A DNA stretch of 64,000 bases. Source: an uncultured Actinomycetes bacterium. GTDB lineage: Bacteria > Actinomycetota > UBA4738 > HRBIN12. A program made the position numbers and the translations under genes. Within the stretch, counting starts at the first letter, position 1; the number at the start of each line of letters is the position of its first letter. The stretch is from NCBI GenBank assembly GCA_963790335.1, contig CAWBOB010000003.1:33825-97824 (forward strand). Reading direction: 5' to 3'. Shown piece after piece: positions 1-9,744 of this stretch. The notes below the pieces were generated by a model. It saw only the letters and a list, made by a program, of their open reading frames with translations, did no database searches and had not been told where the DNA came from.

Positions 1-2
1 TG

Positions 3-464
3 GGCGAGACGACCAAGACCGTCGACGTCACGGTGCAAGCCGACGCCGTCGATGAAGCCAACGAGACCTTCGACGTCGCGCTCGCCAACCCGGTGGGATC
101 GCTGATCGCCGACGGCACGGGTGTCGGCTCCATCGCCGACGACGACAAGACCGTCACGGGGCTGACGGCCAAGGCCAAGAAGACGACCCGCTCGGTCAAG
201 GTCTCCGGCCTGATCGAGACTGCCGCACCAGGCATGAAGGTCGCCGTCACGCTGCAGAGGAAGAAGGGCGCCAGGTACGTCAAGGTGTCGTCGGTGTCGG
301 CGAACGTCACGCGTCTCCTCGATCGCGACGCCGACGGGCTCATCGACGGGTCCTACGTCGCCTCGTTCAAGCGCCCGAAGCGGGGGGCCTACCGGGTGCT
401 GGTGCGGTACGTCGGCAACACCGACTACCTCCCGTGCGGCAAGAGGATCGCTCTTCGGATCTAG
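3..464 (+). CDS. Calx-beta domain-containing secreted protein, C-terminal part (5' truncated by window edge)
   Basis: Frame open from the window edge. GETTKTVDVTVQADAVDEANETFDVALANP...GVGSIADDD is a typical Calx-beta repeat, followed by a basic beta-rich tail. Confidence 0.75.
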   Translation, partial: GETTKTVDVTVQADAVDEANETFDVALANPVGSLIADGTGVGSIADDDKTVTGLTAKAKKTTRSVKVSGLIETAAPGMKVAVTLQRKKGARYVKVSSVSANVTRLLDRDADGLIDGSYVASFKRPKRGAYRVLVRYVGNTDYLPCGKRIALRI

Positions 465-518
465 CGGCTCACGTGCGAACGGGCCACGGCGGCGAGCACC
501 GCCGTGGCCCGTCGTTCG

Positions 519-902
519 TCACTCTCGCTCGACGACGCGGCATGGGTTCCCGTCGGGATCGCGGAACGTGAACATGGGCGGCACTCCCTCGCCCATGCGC
601 AGCAGCGCCGTGTCGGCGTCGACACCTGCGCCCAGCATCGCCCTGTGATCAGCGTCGGCGTCATCGGTGGCGAAGCTGATCTCGACGCCCGCGGACGCAC
701 CTCGTGGTACGAGCGCGATCGTCGTCGTGGCGCCCGCCGGCGCCACCTCGACCCACCGCTGCCCATCGCCGAAGGATCCGTCGATGCGCGTCTCGAACCC
801 CAGCGTGCCCACGTAGAACTCGAGCGCCCGGTCTTGATCGTCCACAGGAAGGATCACCGTGCCGACGCCCGTGATGCGTGTCGTGTTGTCCATGGCGTTC
901 AT
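519..902 (-). CDS. VOC/glyoxalase family protein
   Basis: Motifs VDDQDRALEFYVGTLGF and FRDPDGN; start overlaps the upstream stop. Confidence 0.9.
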   Translation of the reverse strand: MNAMDNTTRITGVGTVILPVDDQDRALEFYVGTLGFETRIDGSFGDGQRWVEVAPAGATTTIALVPRGASAGVEISFATDDADADHRAMLGAGVDADTALLRMGEGVPPMFTFRDPDGNPCRVVERE

Positions 903-1567
903 CGCTCCATCTCCTCCTTGAGCGCAGTGACCCGCTCACGCCAGTACGCCTTCATGCGGTCTCGCTCCTCGGCGTCGGCGAGGCGCTCATGCGACACCGT
1001 CGCCGTGCTCTTGCTCTCGTCCTTGGCCGTGAACGTCACGTGCACCCGGCTCCCATCGTCGTCCCAGTCGAAGTGAGCCGACGTGGGTCTCGTGACCTTC
1101 CTCGTGCGGAGCTTCCCGTCGGGAAGCCATCGCTCCTGGTTCGCTGTGTCGACGAACGCGTCGAAGAGGCGATCGACGGGCACCGCCACGGTCTTCGTGA
1201 CACTCACGCGGAAGCCGTCGGCGTGCTCGCCCACGGCACGCAGCCCGCGAGCGCGCTCGTAGCTGCCGGCCACGGCCTGCGCGTTCCACGCCAGTGGCTC
1301 GATGCCTTGCTGTTCGGCGATCCAGCGCGCGATCTCCCGGTGCGTTCGCTCGGCCGCGCCCCACTCGTCGAGCAGGTCGAACCATGCTTCCCATCCACGG
1401 CCGGTGCGCCGCAGGATCTCGGCGTCAGAGGTCGCGAGTGGTTGCTCCTCGGCGGGCTCGGGCTTCACCGACGCGTGCAGCAGCGACGTTCTCGCCGCCG
1501 TGTAGCTCTCGCCCGTCTTCTCCATGCGCGAGCGAACGAGGAGCTTGAAGGACTTTCGCCTGGTCAT
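899..1567 (-). CDS. DUF4287-like / SRPBCC-domain protein
   Basis: ATG at 1567 with GAGGGAG RBS. N-terminal KSFKLLVRSRMEKTGESYTAAR, central RTGRGWEAWFDLLD (DUF4287-like), C-terminal SRPBCC-like SVTKTVAVPVDRLFDAF...HERL...MKAYW. Confidence 0.75.
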   Translation of the reverse strand: MTRRKSFKLLVRSRMEKTGESYTAARTSLLHASVKPEPAEEQPLATSDAEILRRTGRGWEAWFDLLDEWGAAERTHREIARWIAEQQGIEPLAWNAQAVAGSYERARGLRAVGEHADGFRVSVTKTVAVPVDRLFDAFVDTANQERWLPDGKLRTRKVTRPTSAHFDWDDDGSRVHVTFTAKDESKSTATVSHERLADAEERDRMKAYWRERVTALKEEMER

Positions 1568-1586
1568 GTCGTGCTCCCTCATGGCG

Positions 1587-1731
1587 GCGGCACCGCGACT
1601 CACGCTCACGACGCCCCCACCGGATAGGGCAGCACGTCACCGGCGCCCCGACGGCTCGAAGCCCCCTTTGCCCCCGCTTCTGCCGGCGGCGTGAGCGCCG
1701 GAACCAGGGGTTCGGCGCAGGACGGCGCCGC
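1587..1731 (-). ncRNA. Candidate structured cis-regulatory leader RNA
   Basis: Nested inverted repeats 1587-1595/1723-1731, 1602-1615/1685-1698, 1626-1631/1669-1674 and hairpin 1653-1663, ending just upstream of the RBS of 899..1567. Confidence 0.5.
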
Positions 1732-1828
1732 ACCCCAACGCTAACGCCGGCCGCCGGTCCGCGCAACCGGGTTTCCGAACGAGCGCCGAGTGAGCAAGAT
1801 GGAGAGACCGACCGAGGGGGAGGAAGCC

Positions 1829-2015
1829 ATGTGCTTGACCTGCGGATGCATGCAGGCCCACCTGGAGATGGGCCAGCACAACATCAGGTACGAGGACGTG
1901 AAGGCAGCTGCAGACGAGAACGGCAAGACGGTCGCCGAGACGCTCGACATCATCGATCAGACGGTGCGCGATCGACCGCGGCGAGCACGCCGACGAGTAC
2001 ACGCCGAGCTCCTGA
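1829..2015 (+). CDS. Small CxxCxC protein (apparent frameshift near 1968)
   Basis: GGAGG RBS. MCLTCGCMQAHLEMG...; the shifted frame ends IDRGEHADEYTPSS*. Confidence 0.65.
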
Positions 2016-2043
2016 GGAGCGGCACGAGGAGGGAGCCATCACG

Positions 2044-2425
2044 ATGCTGACCGATTCCAGGGCTTTCAACGGGTTCGCCGTCGACGACCTGCAGAAGGCG
2101 CAGGTCGTTCTACGGCGAGACGCTCGGGTTGAAGACGGAGGTGCTGGACGAGACGAACGGCCTGCTGTCGCTCCACCACCCGGACGACCACGACACCTTG
2201 ATCTACCTGAAGCCCGACTTCGTCCCGGCCACCTACACCGTGCTCAATTTCCCGGTGAGCGATGTCGACCAGGCGGTCGATCAGCTGGTCGAGAAGGGTG
2301 TCAGCTTCGAGCGGTACGAGGGCTTCGACCAAGACGACAAGGGCATCGCGCGCGGCAACGGCCCGAACATCGCGTGGTTCAAGGATCCCGCGGGCAACAT
2401 CCTCTCGGTGCTCGAGCAGTCCTGA
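2044..2425 (+). CDS. VOC/glyoxalase family protein (frameshift near 2103)
   Basis: MLTDSRAFNGFAVDDLQKA joins FYGETLGL...YTVLNFPV...AWFKDPAGNILSV in another frame; GAGGGAG RBS. Confidence 0.85.
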
Positions 2426-2638
2426 GCCCAGCCGCCGAGCGGGCGTCGGAGCCCGCGTGTAGCATGACTCGTACATCGAGAGTGGTCCGGAATCAACCGG
2501 GCCCGGCAACCTGGGCGGACGACCCAAGGTGCCTGCTCGCGCGAGCGAGGATGCGGCTCCTCTCGAGGAGCAACCAAGCGTCCGGCGACCCGTCGGCTCC
2601 GCTCGGGTTCTGCGTCGTCCGCCGCGAGAGGACGACGC

Positions 2639-3144
2639 ATGCGGCTGAGGACTTCCGCCCGCGACATCATGTCCATGATCCGCCGAGCCCGCGGCCGGTC
2701 GGCCCGGGTCGACGAGCCCGTGCTGAAGCCGGTCTCGACCCCGACGCTCCGTCATCATCGGCTGTTCCGGATCGACGCGGATGACGAAACGTACGAAGCG
2801 TACGAGGTGCGCCGTGACGGGCGCGTCATCGTCGGCTCACACTCGGGCCCGCTGCGTGATCTCGTTCGCTTCTACGAGCGCCAAGAGCGGCGCGAGCAGG
2901 ACGTCCGCCGTGCTTTGGAGCGCGGGGACCCTTTCGGGCTTTGCCGTCTCGGCTGGCACCGTACGCCGTCAGGAGCTTGGTTCCGGATCGCGACGGCTGG
3001 ATACCGACGAAGCTCATCGTGTACCGCATCGGGAGCAGGCCATTCGAACATCGCTGCTCCACCGTGTGGAACCACAGCGGCAAGCCGATCATCTGCGCCG
3101 TGTGCCGGACCCGGGGGTTCGACAAGCCGACCGGGAAGCCGTGA
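2639..3144 (+). CDS. Hypothetical protein (probably frameshifted near 2985; C-terminal CxxC)
   Basis: AGAGGA RBS before the ATG. ORF 2639.. reads as protein up to GAWFR and continues plausibly as DRDGWIPTKLIVYRIG...CAVC in ORF 2941..3144. Confidence 0.4.
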
Positions 3145-3153
3145 CGACCGACT

Positions 3154-3387
3154 TCACCTGGCTCTCGCGCCGTCGGGTGTGATGTGCCCGATCGCTGCGG
3201 CGAGCCCCTCGATCGCGTAGGCGATGAGCTCCAGCGCTCCGCGCAGGCCGTCGACCTCGGCGCGGTCGTCGACGAGCAAGGCTAGCACGTCGAGCTGCCG
3301 TCGGGCGTTATCGACGTTGGCGAACGCGCCGCCGAGCGAGAGCTCGACCGCGTCACGCGTGTCCTGGAACCGGCGATCGTCGTGCAT
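3154..3387 (-). CDS. Hypothetical helical protein
   Basis: ATG at 3387 with GGGAGG RBS; 77 aa amphipathic helical sequence. Confidence 0.55.
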   Translation of the reverse strand: MHDDRRFQDTRDAVELSLGGAFANVDNARRQLDVLALLVDDRAEVDGLRGALELIAYAIEGLAAAIGHITPDGARAR

Positions 3388-3482
3388 GTGCGCCTCCCGT
3401 TGGGGTCCGGGAGAGGGAGTTACACGAGTGTGATTCAAGGGTCTGACATGGCCCAAGTTCCTGCCGAGAATCCTCGTCCGAT

Positions 3483-3498
3483 CGTGACGCAGGTCACA
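3483..3498. promoter_or_regulatory. CRP-family-like binding site
   Basis: CGTGA-CGCAGG-TCACA matches TGTGA-N6-TCACA with one mismatch, in a divergent intergenic region. Confidence 0.45.
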
Positions 3499-3554
3499 GT
3501 CGATCGGGTTCCGATCGGATCATCCTCGAGAGCGTCGCCGATCGAGGAGGGCGC

Positions 3555-3907
3555 ATGAGCAAGAAGGCGGAGTCACGGTGGGAGGTCAAGATCGTCCGCG
3601 ACACTCTGGACGAGGCCACGATCTATGTCAGTGGTCACACGCGCGACGAGGCCGAAGTCGCTGCCGACAAGGAATTCATGGATGGCGGCGTTCTCGACTT
3701 CGAGACGATCTGGTCGGAGTTCACGTTGGAGATCTCGAAAGTCGACCCCCGACACGAGGTGTACCCGGTTCATTGGTTCCCCGACCAAGGCATGATCTGC
3801 AAGATCTGCCTTCGAACGTGGTCTGGACCGGCATCGCCGCCGACGATCCTGAGAATCGGAGCGGCAAGACGATCCCCGGCCCGTGGGTCCACGCAGGCGT
3901 CGACTAG
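3555..3907 (+). CDS. Hypothetical acidic protein with Cys motif (probable frameshift near 3815)
   Basis: GAGGAGG RBS. WEVKIVRDTLDEATIYVSGHTRDEAE...CKIC; the alternative frame ends WTGIAADDP...WVHAGVD* before the convergent endonuclease stop. Confidence 0.55.
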
Positions 3908-3932
3908 CCAGCCATCGGGCCAAGGGTGGGCG

Positions 3933-5271
3933 TTACAGCGGGAGTTCTCGGGCGATGTCCGCCGGCCTTGCCCGCGCCGCGCCCATCAAGCGAATGTAGG
4001 CATCGTCCGCCCAGAGGAGCAATTCGCCCACGCTTCCATGGCCAAGTGAATCTCTGAGTTGCTCAGTCGCCTGCGCCAGCCGCCACCCGTGGATGAGAAC
4101 GATGGGGTACTCATCCAAAATGAGCTCCTTCTGAGCTGAATCGGTGTAGTAGGAAGTCGTGACGTAGGCTCCGATCCATCCGCGTCGTAGCCTCGCCACT
4201 ACCCTTGCTAGGTCTTCCGCTGTCACGCCCGACCCTCTCGGCCACGGCTTGCGACACTTCGCCTGCCCAAGGACAATGAGTTCGGTCGAGGCGAACCCCT
4301 GGCCCAAGTCGATGCGCTGAACGAAATCAACGCCCCCATCAGGACCAACGGGCGTGATCCACCCCGGGTAGTACGAAACTCCGGGGCTGTCCAGCACAAG
4401 CTGAGTGGCCAAGGACGCAAGGGCTTGGAATCCGTGCTTGTAGTTCCCCTCGTAATGTTCGTACACCTGAGCAAGAACCTTGCCCAGAGGACTGTCAGAC
4501 GGAGGTACCTGCTCCTCATACGGGAGAACGTCCTCGGGTATCAGGCTTCGGCGCACCGCTCCCGACTCTAGCGAGGGAGGGCCACCAGCCACCCACAGTC
4601 TCCACGAGCGCGGAGCATGGTCATCGGCCCTTGGATCGGTTATCTCGGGGTCTCTCCGTTCATCAAGCCAGTCAATGCTTAGATGCTCGACTCCATCGAC
4701 GGCCTCGTCCCCACGCAGTAGGACGCAGTCGAAGGCATAGTTGGAGAACGATCGGCCTTTGTGGAGCTGCGTCACCCGGTGGGCCTCTCTAATGACACCG
4801 AACCCCAAGAATTCAGTGAGCGGTTCACCTGCCCTGTTGCCCAAGTTGCGAAAGAACATGAGCGGTGCAGCCATCGACCGAACACTCGGGTCGTCCGACG
4901 AATAGCGATCCATCTCGTCCAGGAGGATTCGATTGCCGGGCGCATGTTCGGCGGGCCTTGAGAGCTCTGGCTTGTTGTCGCCAAAGTAGCGGATGAAGCC
5001 CGTCTCAAGGTCGACCTCATCAAGCCAGGGAAGGCTATGTCGTTCACCAGCCGGCGTTAGGAAGACGGCTACGGCGGGTCGTCGGCTCCGGTCTCTGGGT
5101 CGAGAAGATCGGATCGATCCCGGCGCTCTGCCGGACGTGAGTGCCGCTACGCGAATCCGTGACCAACCAGAAGTTTTCGAACCCGTTCCACTCGGGCGAG
5201 GTGATGTTCTCTCGGGGCTTCCAGTACTTGCGTCCGAACATGAGTCGGCGCTTCGGTAGGGGCGAGGGCAT
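3933..5271 (-). CDS. MspJI/AspBHI-like modification-dependent restriction endonuclease (SRA-like N domain + Mrr-type catalytic domain); frameshift near 5090
   Basis: PWLDEVDLETGFIRYFGDNK...PGN, PLMFF, FLGFGVI and FSNYAFD in the N domain; DGGVDFV...LGQAKC and ARVVARLRRGWIGAYVTTS in the catalytic domain. Visibly lower GC than the flanks. Confidence 0.8.
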
Positions 5272-5811
5272 TACCGCAAGAGCATGGCGTACGGTCAAGC
5301 GCCGGGGCAATAGTCCTACGCGGGTCGGCCGACCAGTCCCCGAGCATCAATTGGATCTAGGCCCTCATGCTAGTCCATGTCGGACTAGTAATTGCGCTAG
5401 GCGCAAGGCCCGGGCGGCTCCGGGCGCTTGATCTTGCTCGGAGGCCTCGATCATCTCGCCGTTCAGCAGTAGCTCACGCCCGCATGGAGCACGAGAGCCT
5501 CGGCGAGAACAATCTCACGTAGCCGAAGGTGTAACGACCTGCGTGAAACGAGATCGACTGGACGGCCGAAGGGACGGAAAGCTCATCGGCGAGTGCCTCG
5601 GTGCTCCAGCCGAGCCTGGCGTCGGGCGCCAGCCCATAAAGCCATCGACATCGCTGTCGGGCCGTGCCTCCCCTTGAGGCGGAAGAGAAGATCTCGAGAC
5701 GCGCTACACCGAAACGCCGGCAATCCCCCCGAGGCGCTCGAGGACGATATCAACCCGGCGATGCCAGCCTTCGACACCGCTCATGCTCGCCCAAGACCGT
5801 CCCTCGATCGA

Positions 5812-7233
5812 CTACACGTCGTAGTAGAGGCCGAACTCGTACGGGTGAGGACGCAGGGCCACCGCGTCGTGCTCCTCGATGCGCTTGTACTCGATCCAGG
5901 TGTCGATGACGTCCTGGGTGAACACGCCGCCTTCGAGCAGCCACTGGTGGTCACGCTCCAGCTCGCCGAGCACCTCGAGCAGTGAGCCCGGCACCTGCTT
6001 CACGGCGGCGTGCTCCTCGGGCGGAAGGTCGTACAGGTCCTTGTCGATCGGGTCGGGCGGCTCGAGCTTGTTCTTGATGCCGTCGATACCGGCCATGAGC
6101 ATCGCGCTGAACGCCAGGTACGGGTTGCACGACGGGTCGGGGGTGCGGAACTCCAGCCGCTTCGCGCCGGGACCCTTGCCCCCCAACGGGATGCGGACGC
6201 ACGCGCTGCGGTTCCGCTGCGAGTACACGAGCTTGATCGGCGCCTCGTAGCCCGGTACGAGCCGGCGGTACGAGTTCGTGGTCGGGTTCGTGAACGCGAG
6301 CAGCGAGGGCGCGTGGGCGATGAGACCGCCGATGTACCACCGGGCCATGTCGCTGATGCCGCCGTAGCCGACCTCGTCCCAGAAGAGGTTCTCGTCGCCT
6401 TCCCACAGCGACTGGTGCGTGTGCATGCCCGAGCCGTTGTCCATGAACAGCGGCTTCGGCATGAACGTGACGGTCTTGCCCGCCTGGTACGCCGTGTTCT
6501 TGACGACGTACTTGTACTTCATGACGTTGTCGGCGGTCGTGAGCAGCGTGTCGTAGCGCATGTCGATCTCGGCCTGGCCGGCGGTGCCGACCTCGTGGTG
6601 GTGCACCTCGATCGTGAGCCCGACCTTCTCCAGGTTCAGCACCATGTCGGTGCGCAGGTCCTGGTACTTGTCCATCGGAGGAAGCGCGAAGTACCCGCCC
6701 TTGTACCGGGGCTTGTAGCCGAGGTTGCCGCCTTCCTCGACGCGGCCGCTGGTCCATGCGCCGGCGACGGAGTCGACGTGGTAGTACCCCTCGAACTCGT
6801 TCTGGTCGTAGCGGATCGAGTCGAAGATGTAGAACTCGGCCTCCGGCCCCCAGTACGAGCGGTCGGCGATGCCCGTCTGCTTCAGGTAGAGCTCGGCCTT
6901 CTTCGCGATGTTGCGCGGGTCGCGCGAGTAGTCCTCGCCGGTCACCGGGTCCTTCACGAAGCACGTGATGTTCAGCGTCGCGTGCTTGGTGAACGGATCC
7001 ATGTATGCGGAATCGGGATCGGGCATCAGCAGCATGTCCGACTCCTGGATCTCCTGGAAGCCGCGCACGCTGGAGCCGTCGAAGGGCTGCCCCTCGGTGA
7101 GCTTCTGCTCGGTCAGCTCGTGCACCGGTACCGACAGGTGCTGCACCTGCCCGGGCAGATCCGTGAACCGGAAGTCGACGATCTCGGCTCCCTGCTCCTT
7201 GGCCATCGCGATGACGTCCTTCGGTGTTGCCAC
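5812..7233 (-). CDS. glnA: Glutamine synthetase type I (GSI-beta)
   Basis: [39 protein letters not shown], and adenylylation site DLYDLP. Confidence 0.98.
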   Translation of the reverse strand: MATPKDVIAMAKEQGAEIVDFRFTDLPGQVQHLSVPVHELTEQKLTEGQPFDGSSVRGFQEIQESDMLLMPDPDSAYMDPFTKHATLNITCFVKDPVTGEDYSRDPRNIAKKAELYLKQTGIADRSYWGPEAEFYIFDSIRYDQNEFEGYYHVDSVAGAWTSGRVEEGGNLGYKPRYKGGYFALPPMDKYQDLRTDMVLNLEKVGLTIEVHHHEVGTAGQAEIDMRYDTLLTTADNVMKYKYVVKNTAYQAGKTVTFMPKPLFMDNGSGMHTHQSLWEGDENLFWDEVGYGGISDMARWYIGGLIAHAPSLLAFTNPTTNSYRRLVPGYEAPIKLVYSQRNRSACVRIPLGGKGPGAKRLEFRTPDPSCNPYLAFSAMLMAGIDGIKNKLEPPDPIDKDLYDLPPEEHAAVKQVPGSLLEVLGELERDHQWLLEGGVFTQDVIDTWIEYKRIEEHDAVALRPHPYEFGLYYDV

Positions 7234-7296
7234 GCGCGTCCCCCTTCGAGTCGATCGACCGATGCGCCAAGCCTACGAGCCGGTGGGGGCCCGCTC

Positions 7297-7323
7297 GTGA
7301 CCCCGCCGTTAACTCTGGGTTAC
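7297..7323 (-). promoter_or_regulatory. GlnR box array upstream of glnA
   Basis: Minus strand reads GTAAC-n6-TTAAC-n6-GTCAC, the 11-bp periodic GTNAC pattern of actinobacterial GlnR sites; glnR lies 1.7 kb away. Confidence 0.7.
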
Positions 7324-7388
7324 GGCGGACGGTTTGCGTGGGAACGCGGTCAGGGTAAGCCCCTCGCATTGACCGGAAGGAGGGCCAC

Positions 7389-7481
7389 ATGCTTGCAGCG
7401 CTCAACATGGGATTGGTCGGCACGATCATCCTCATCGCGATCATCGTCGCCGTGGTGCTGTTCTTCATGCGTCGCGCCTGA
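7389..7481 (+). CDS. 30-aa single-pass membrane microprotein
   Basis: AGGAGG RBS; MLAALNMGLVGTIILIAIIVAVVLFFMRRA*; high GC3 codon use; followed by a hairpin. Confidence 0.7.
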   Translation: MLAALNMGLVGTIILIAIIVAVVLFFMRRA

Positions 7482-7509
7482 CGGCGCCGCGCGGGCTTCG
7501 GCACACGAA

Positions 7510-7542
7510 GGCCCCGTCCGCGAGGGGGGAGCGGACGGGGCC
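7510..7542. terminator. Strong hairpin / probable terminator
   Basis: Perfect 12-bp stem GGCCCCGTCCGC/GCGGACGGGGCC between convergent genes. Confidence 0.65.
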
Positions 7543-7756
7543 CCGGTGAGGGTCGGCTCGCGTCGGCGCGGGCGCCCGAAGGCTGCCGCGGCGGTCGCCG
7601 GCGCGAGCCGGGAACGACGGTCGGTGCCGCGTGGCCGAGGGGAGTTCGTCCGGGGGGACGAGTGCGGCCCCGATGTCGCCGTTCACGAGGGTCATCGGCG
7701 CTACAGCGACCCGCGGCGCAGAGCCCCAACGAGTCATTTCGCGTGACGACGATGTG

Positions 7757-9022
7757 CTAGGCCATCGGTCCTCGGCCGCGGGGCGAGCTCGCACCGGCGA
7801 GATGGCGCACGACGCCTTCGGCCACGACCGCGGCATCTTCCCCGACGCCGCAGAGCAGCGAGGACTTCCGCTTCCGGAGGAAGTGCACGCCGACGAAGAA
7901 GAGTCCCGGCACGACCGTGCTGGCGCCGTCGTGCTGACGGGGGAAGCCGATCTCGTCGCACACGCCGGCGATCCGCATCCATCGATAGTCGGGACGGAAG
8001 CCGCCCGAGACGATCACGGCGCCGAGCGTCGCGACGTCGAGCCACTCGACCGCGCCGGCCGCATCGAAGGGCTCGGGCGTCGGCAGCGACGGATCCTTCA
8101 TCCCCCGCTCGGCACAGAGTTCCGAGACCGAGCGGGCGAAGTCGAGGTAGCGCTCATCCGACCACGCCACGCTCTCGCCCAGATCGCCGGCGAATCGGAT
8201 GCGAGAACCGTCGCAGCCGGCGAAGCGACCGGTGAGCCGCGCGCCCTGGTCGCCGGAGCGTGCGGACGTGCAGGTCGTGGCCGCCCCTGGTACCGCTGGC
8301 CGTCACGTTGGCGGCGAGCCTGGCCGCCGGGGATGGCAGCGTCTCGATGCCGCCCTCGAGGAATCCGGTCTCGAGGCCCCACCACAGCAGATCGTGGTCG
8401 CCGATCCGGCGCGGTGCCCACGATGCCTTGCCGCACGAGACGACGACCTCGCGCCCGGCCTCGCAGAGCTCCTCGGCGATCTGGCACCCGGACTGACCGT
8501 TGCCGACGACCAGCACGCGCGCCGTCGGGCAGCATCTCGGGGGAACGGTAGGAGCGTGTGTCGAAGGTCGGAAGGCCCCCGGGCAGACGATCGGCGCCCG
8601 GCGGACGGTGGGGTCGCTGGTATGCCCCCGTGCACGTCACCACCGAGCGGGCCGCGATCGGCCCGACCGACGTGTCGAGCAGGAAGCCGTCGTCCGCAGC
8701 CCGTGAGCGACCTGACCTCGACGCCTGTTCGGACCTCGCCGGCGCTCGCCGCGCGTACCGTTCGAGGTACGCGACGATGTCGCTCCTGGGCATGAAGCCG
8801 TCGGGGTCGTCACCGTCGTAGGCCATGCCCGGAAGACGCAGCCCCCAGTTCGGCGTGTTGACCCTGAAGCTCTCCCAGAGCCCTGCCCAGCTCGATCCGA
8901 CCCGATCGCGCTCGAGCACGACGTGCTCGATGCCCGCACGCGGCCAGCTCGTGGCTCGTGGCGAGGCCCGCCTGGCCCCCGCCGATCACGGCGACGTCGA
9001 TCGTCTCGGTCACCGCCGTCAT
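7757..9022 (-). CDS. FAD/NAD(P)-dependent oxidoreductase, flavin monooxygenase (CzcO-like) family; several frameshifts
   Basis: GGGQAG, W..LWESFRVNTPNW, VVGNGQSGCQIAEEL and PGLFFVG...SSLLCGVGEDA spread across frames. Confidence 0.85.
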
Positions 9023-9693
9023 CGGTCGGGGGCCTCCGGGGCGGCAGCACGGTAGCCGACGCCACGGACCGTCTCGATCAGGTGCTCGTGCTCGGGACCG
9101 AGCTTGGCTCGCAGCCGCCGCACGTGCACGTCGACGGTGCGCGTTCCCCCGTAGAAGTCATAGCCCCACACCTCGCGGAGCAGCGCAGGCCTGGTCGAGA
9201 CGCGGCCCGGCCGGGCCGCGAGGTACCGGAGCAGCTCGAACTCCTTGTACGTGAGGTCGAGCGGACGCCCCGCCGCCGTCGCGCGATAGCTGTCGGTGTC
9301 GAGCGAGAGGGGGCCGAGACGGGTCAGGGCTCCGTCGCCGCTTCCCGTGCGATGGCGGAGCATCGCGAGACGTGCTCGCAGCTCCGCCGCCGGCGCGCCG
9401 GGATAGATGAGCTCGTCTGCGACCTCATGCCATGGGAAGCGCTCGATCGCGTCGCGTTCCACGACGACGACGACCGGCAGGCGTGCCCCCCGCTCGTGCA
9501 GCGACCGGGACACGGACCACGCCTGGGCGGGATGCTCGGCTCCGTCGATGAACGCCGCCTGCGGCTCGAGCCGGATGAGGTGGTCGATCGACCGGATCGA
9601 GAGGGGCTCGAGCTTGAGGTCGGCGCCGATCTCCCCCAGGGCCGGAAGCACGACCTCGGGCGGACGATCCGAGAGCAACCCGAGCACCGTCAT
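9019..9693 (-). CDS. glnR: GlnR-type orphan OmpR-family response regulator
   Basis: LDLTYKEFELL, EVWGYDFYGGTRTVDVHVRRLRAKLGPEHEHLIETVRGVGY; atypical receiver domain; adjacent hydrolase-MoaD pair as at actinomycete glnR loci. Confidence 0.85.
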   Translation of the reverse strand: MTVLGLLSDRPPEVVLPALGEIGADLKLEPLSIRSIDHLIRLEPQAAFIDGAEHPAQAWSVSRSLHERGARLPVVVVVERDAIERFPWHEVADELIYPGAPAAELRARLAMLRHRTGSGDGALTRLGPLSLDTDSYRATAAGRPLDLTYKEFELLRYLAARPGRVSTRPALLREVWGYDFYGGTRTVDVHVRRLRAKLGPEHEHLIETVRGVGYRAAAPEAPDR

Positions 9694-9744
9694 GGCCGCT
9701 CCACGATATCGGCTCGATCCGGCGGCCGGTACCCTTGACCTGCG

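Noticed and set aside
5530-5548. GTAAC...GAAAC as a GlnR box
   Set aside because: The spacer is 9 bp rather than 6, and the site is not upstream of a nitrogen gene.
5400-5811. ORFs or att sites between the endonuclease and glnA
   Set aside because: No protein-like translation, and no duplication of the glnA 3' end was found by eye.
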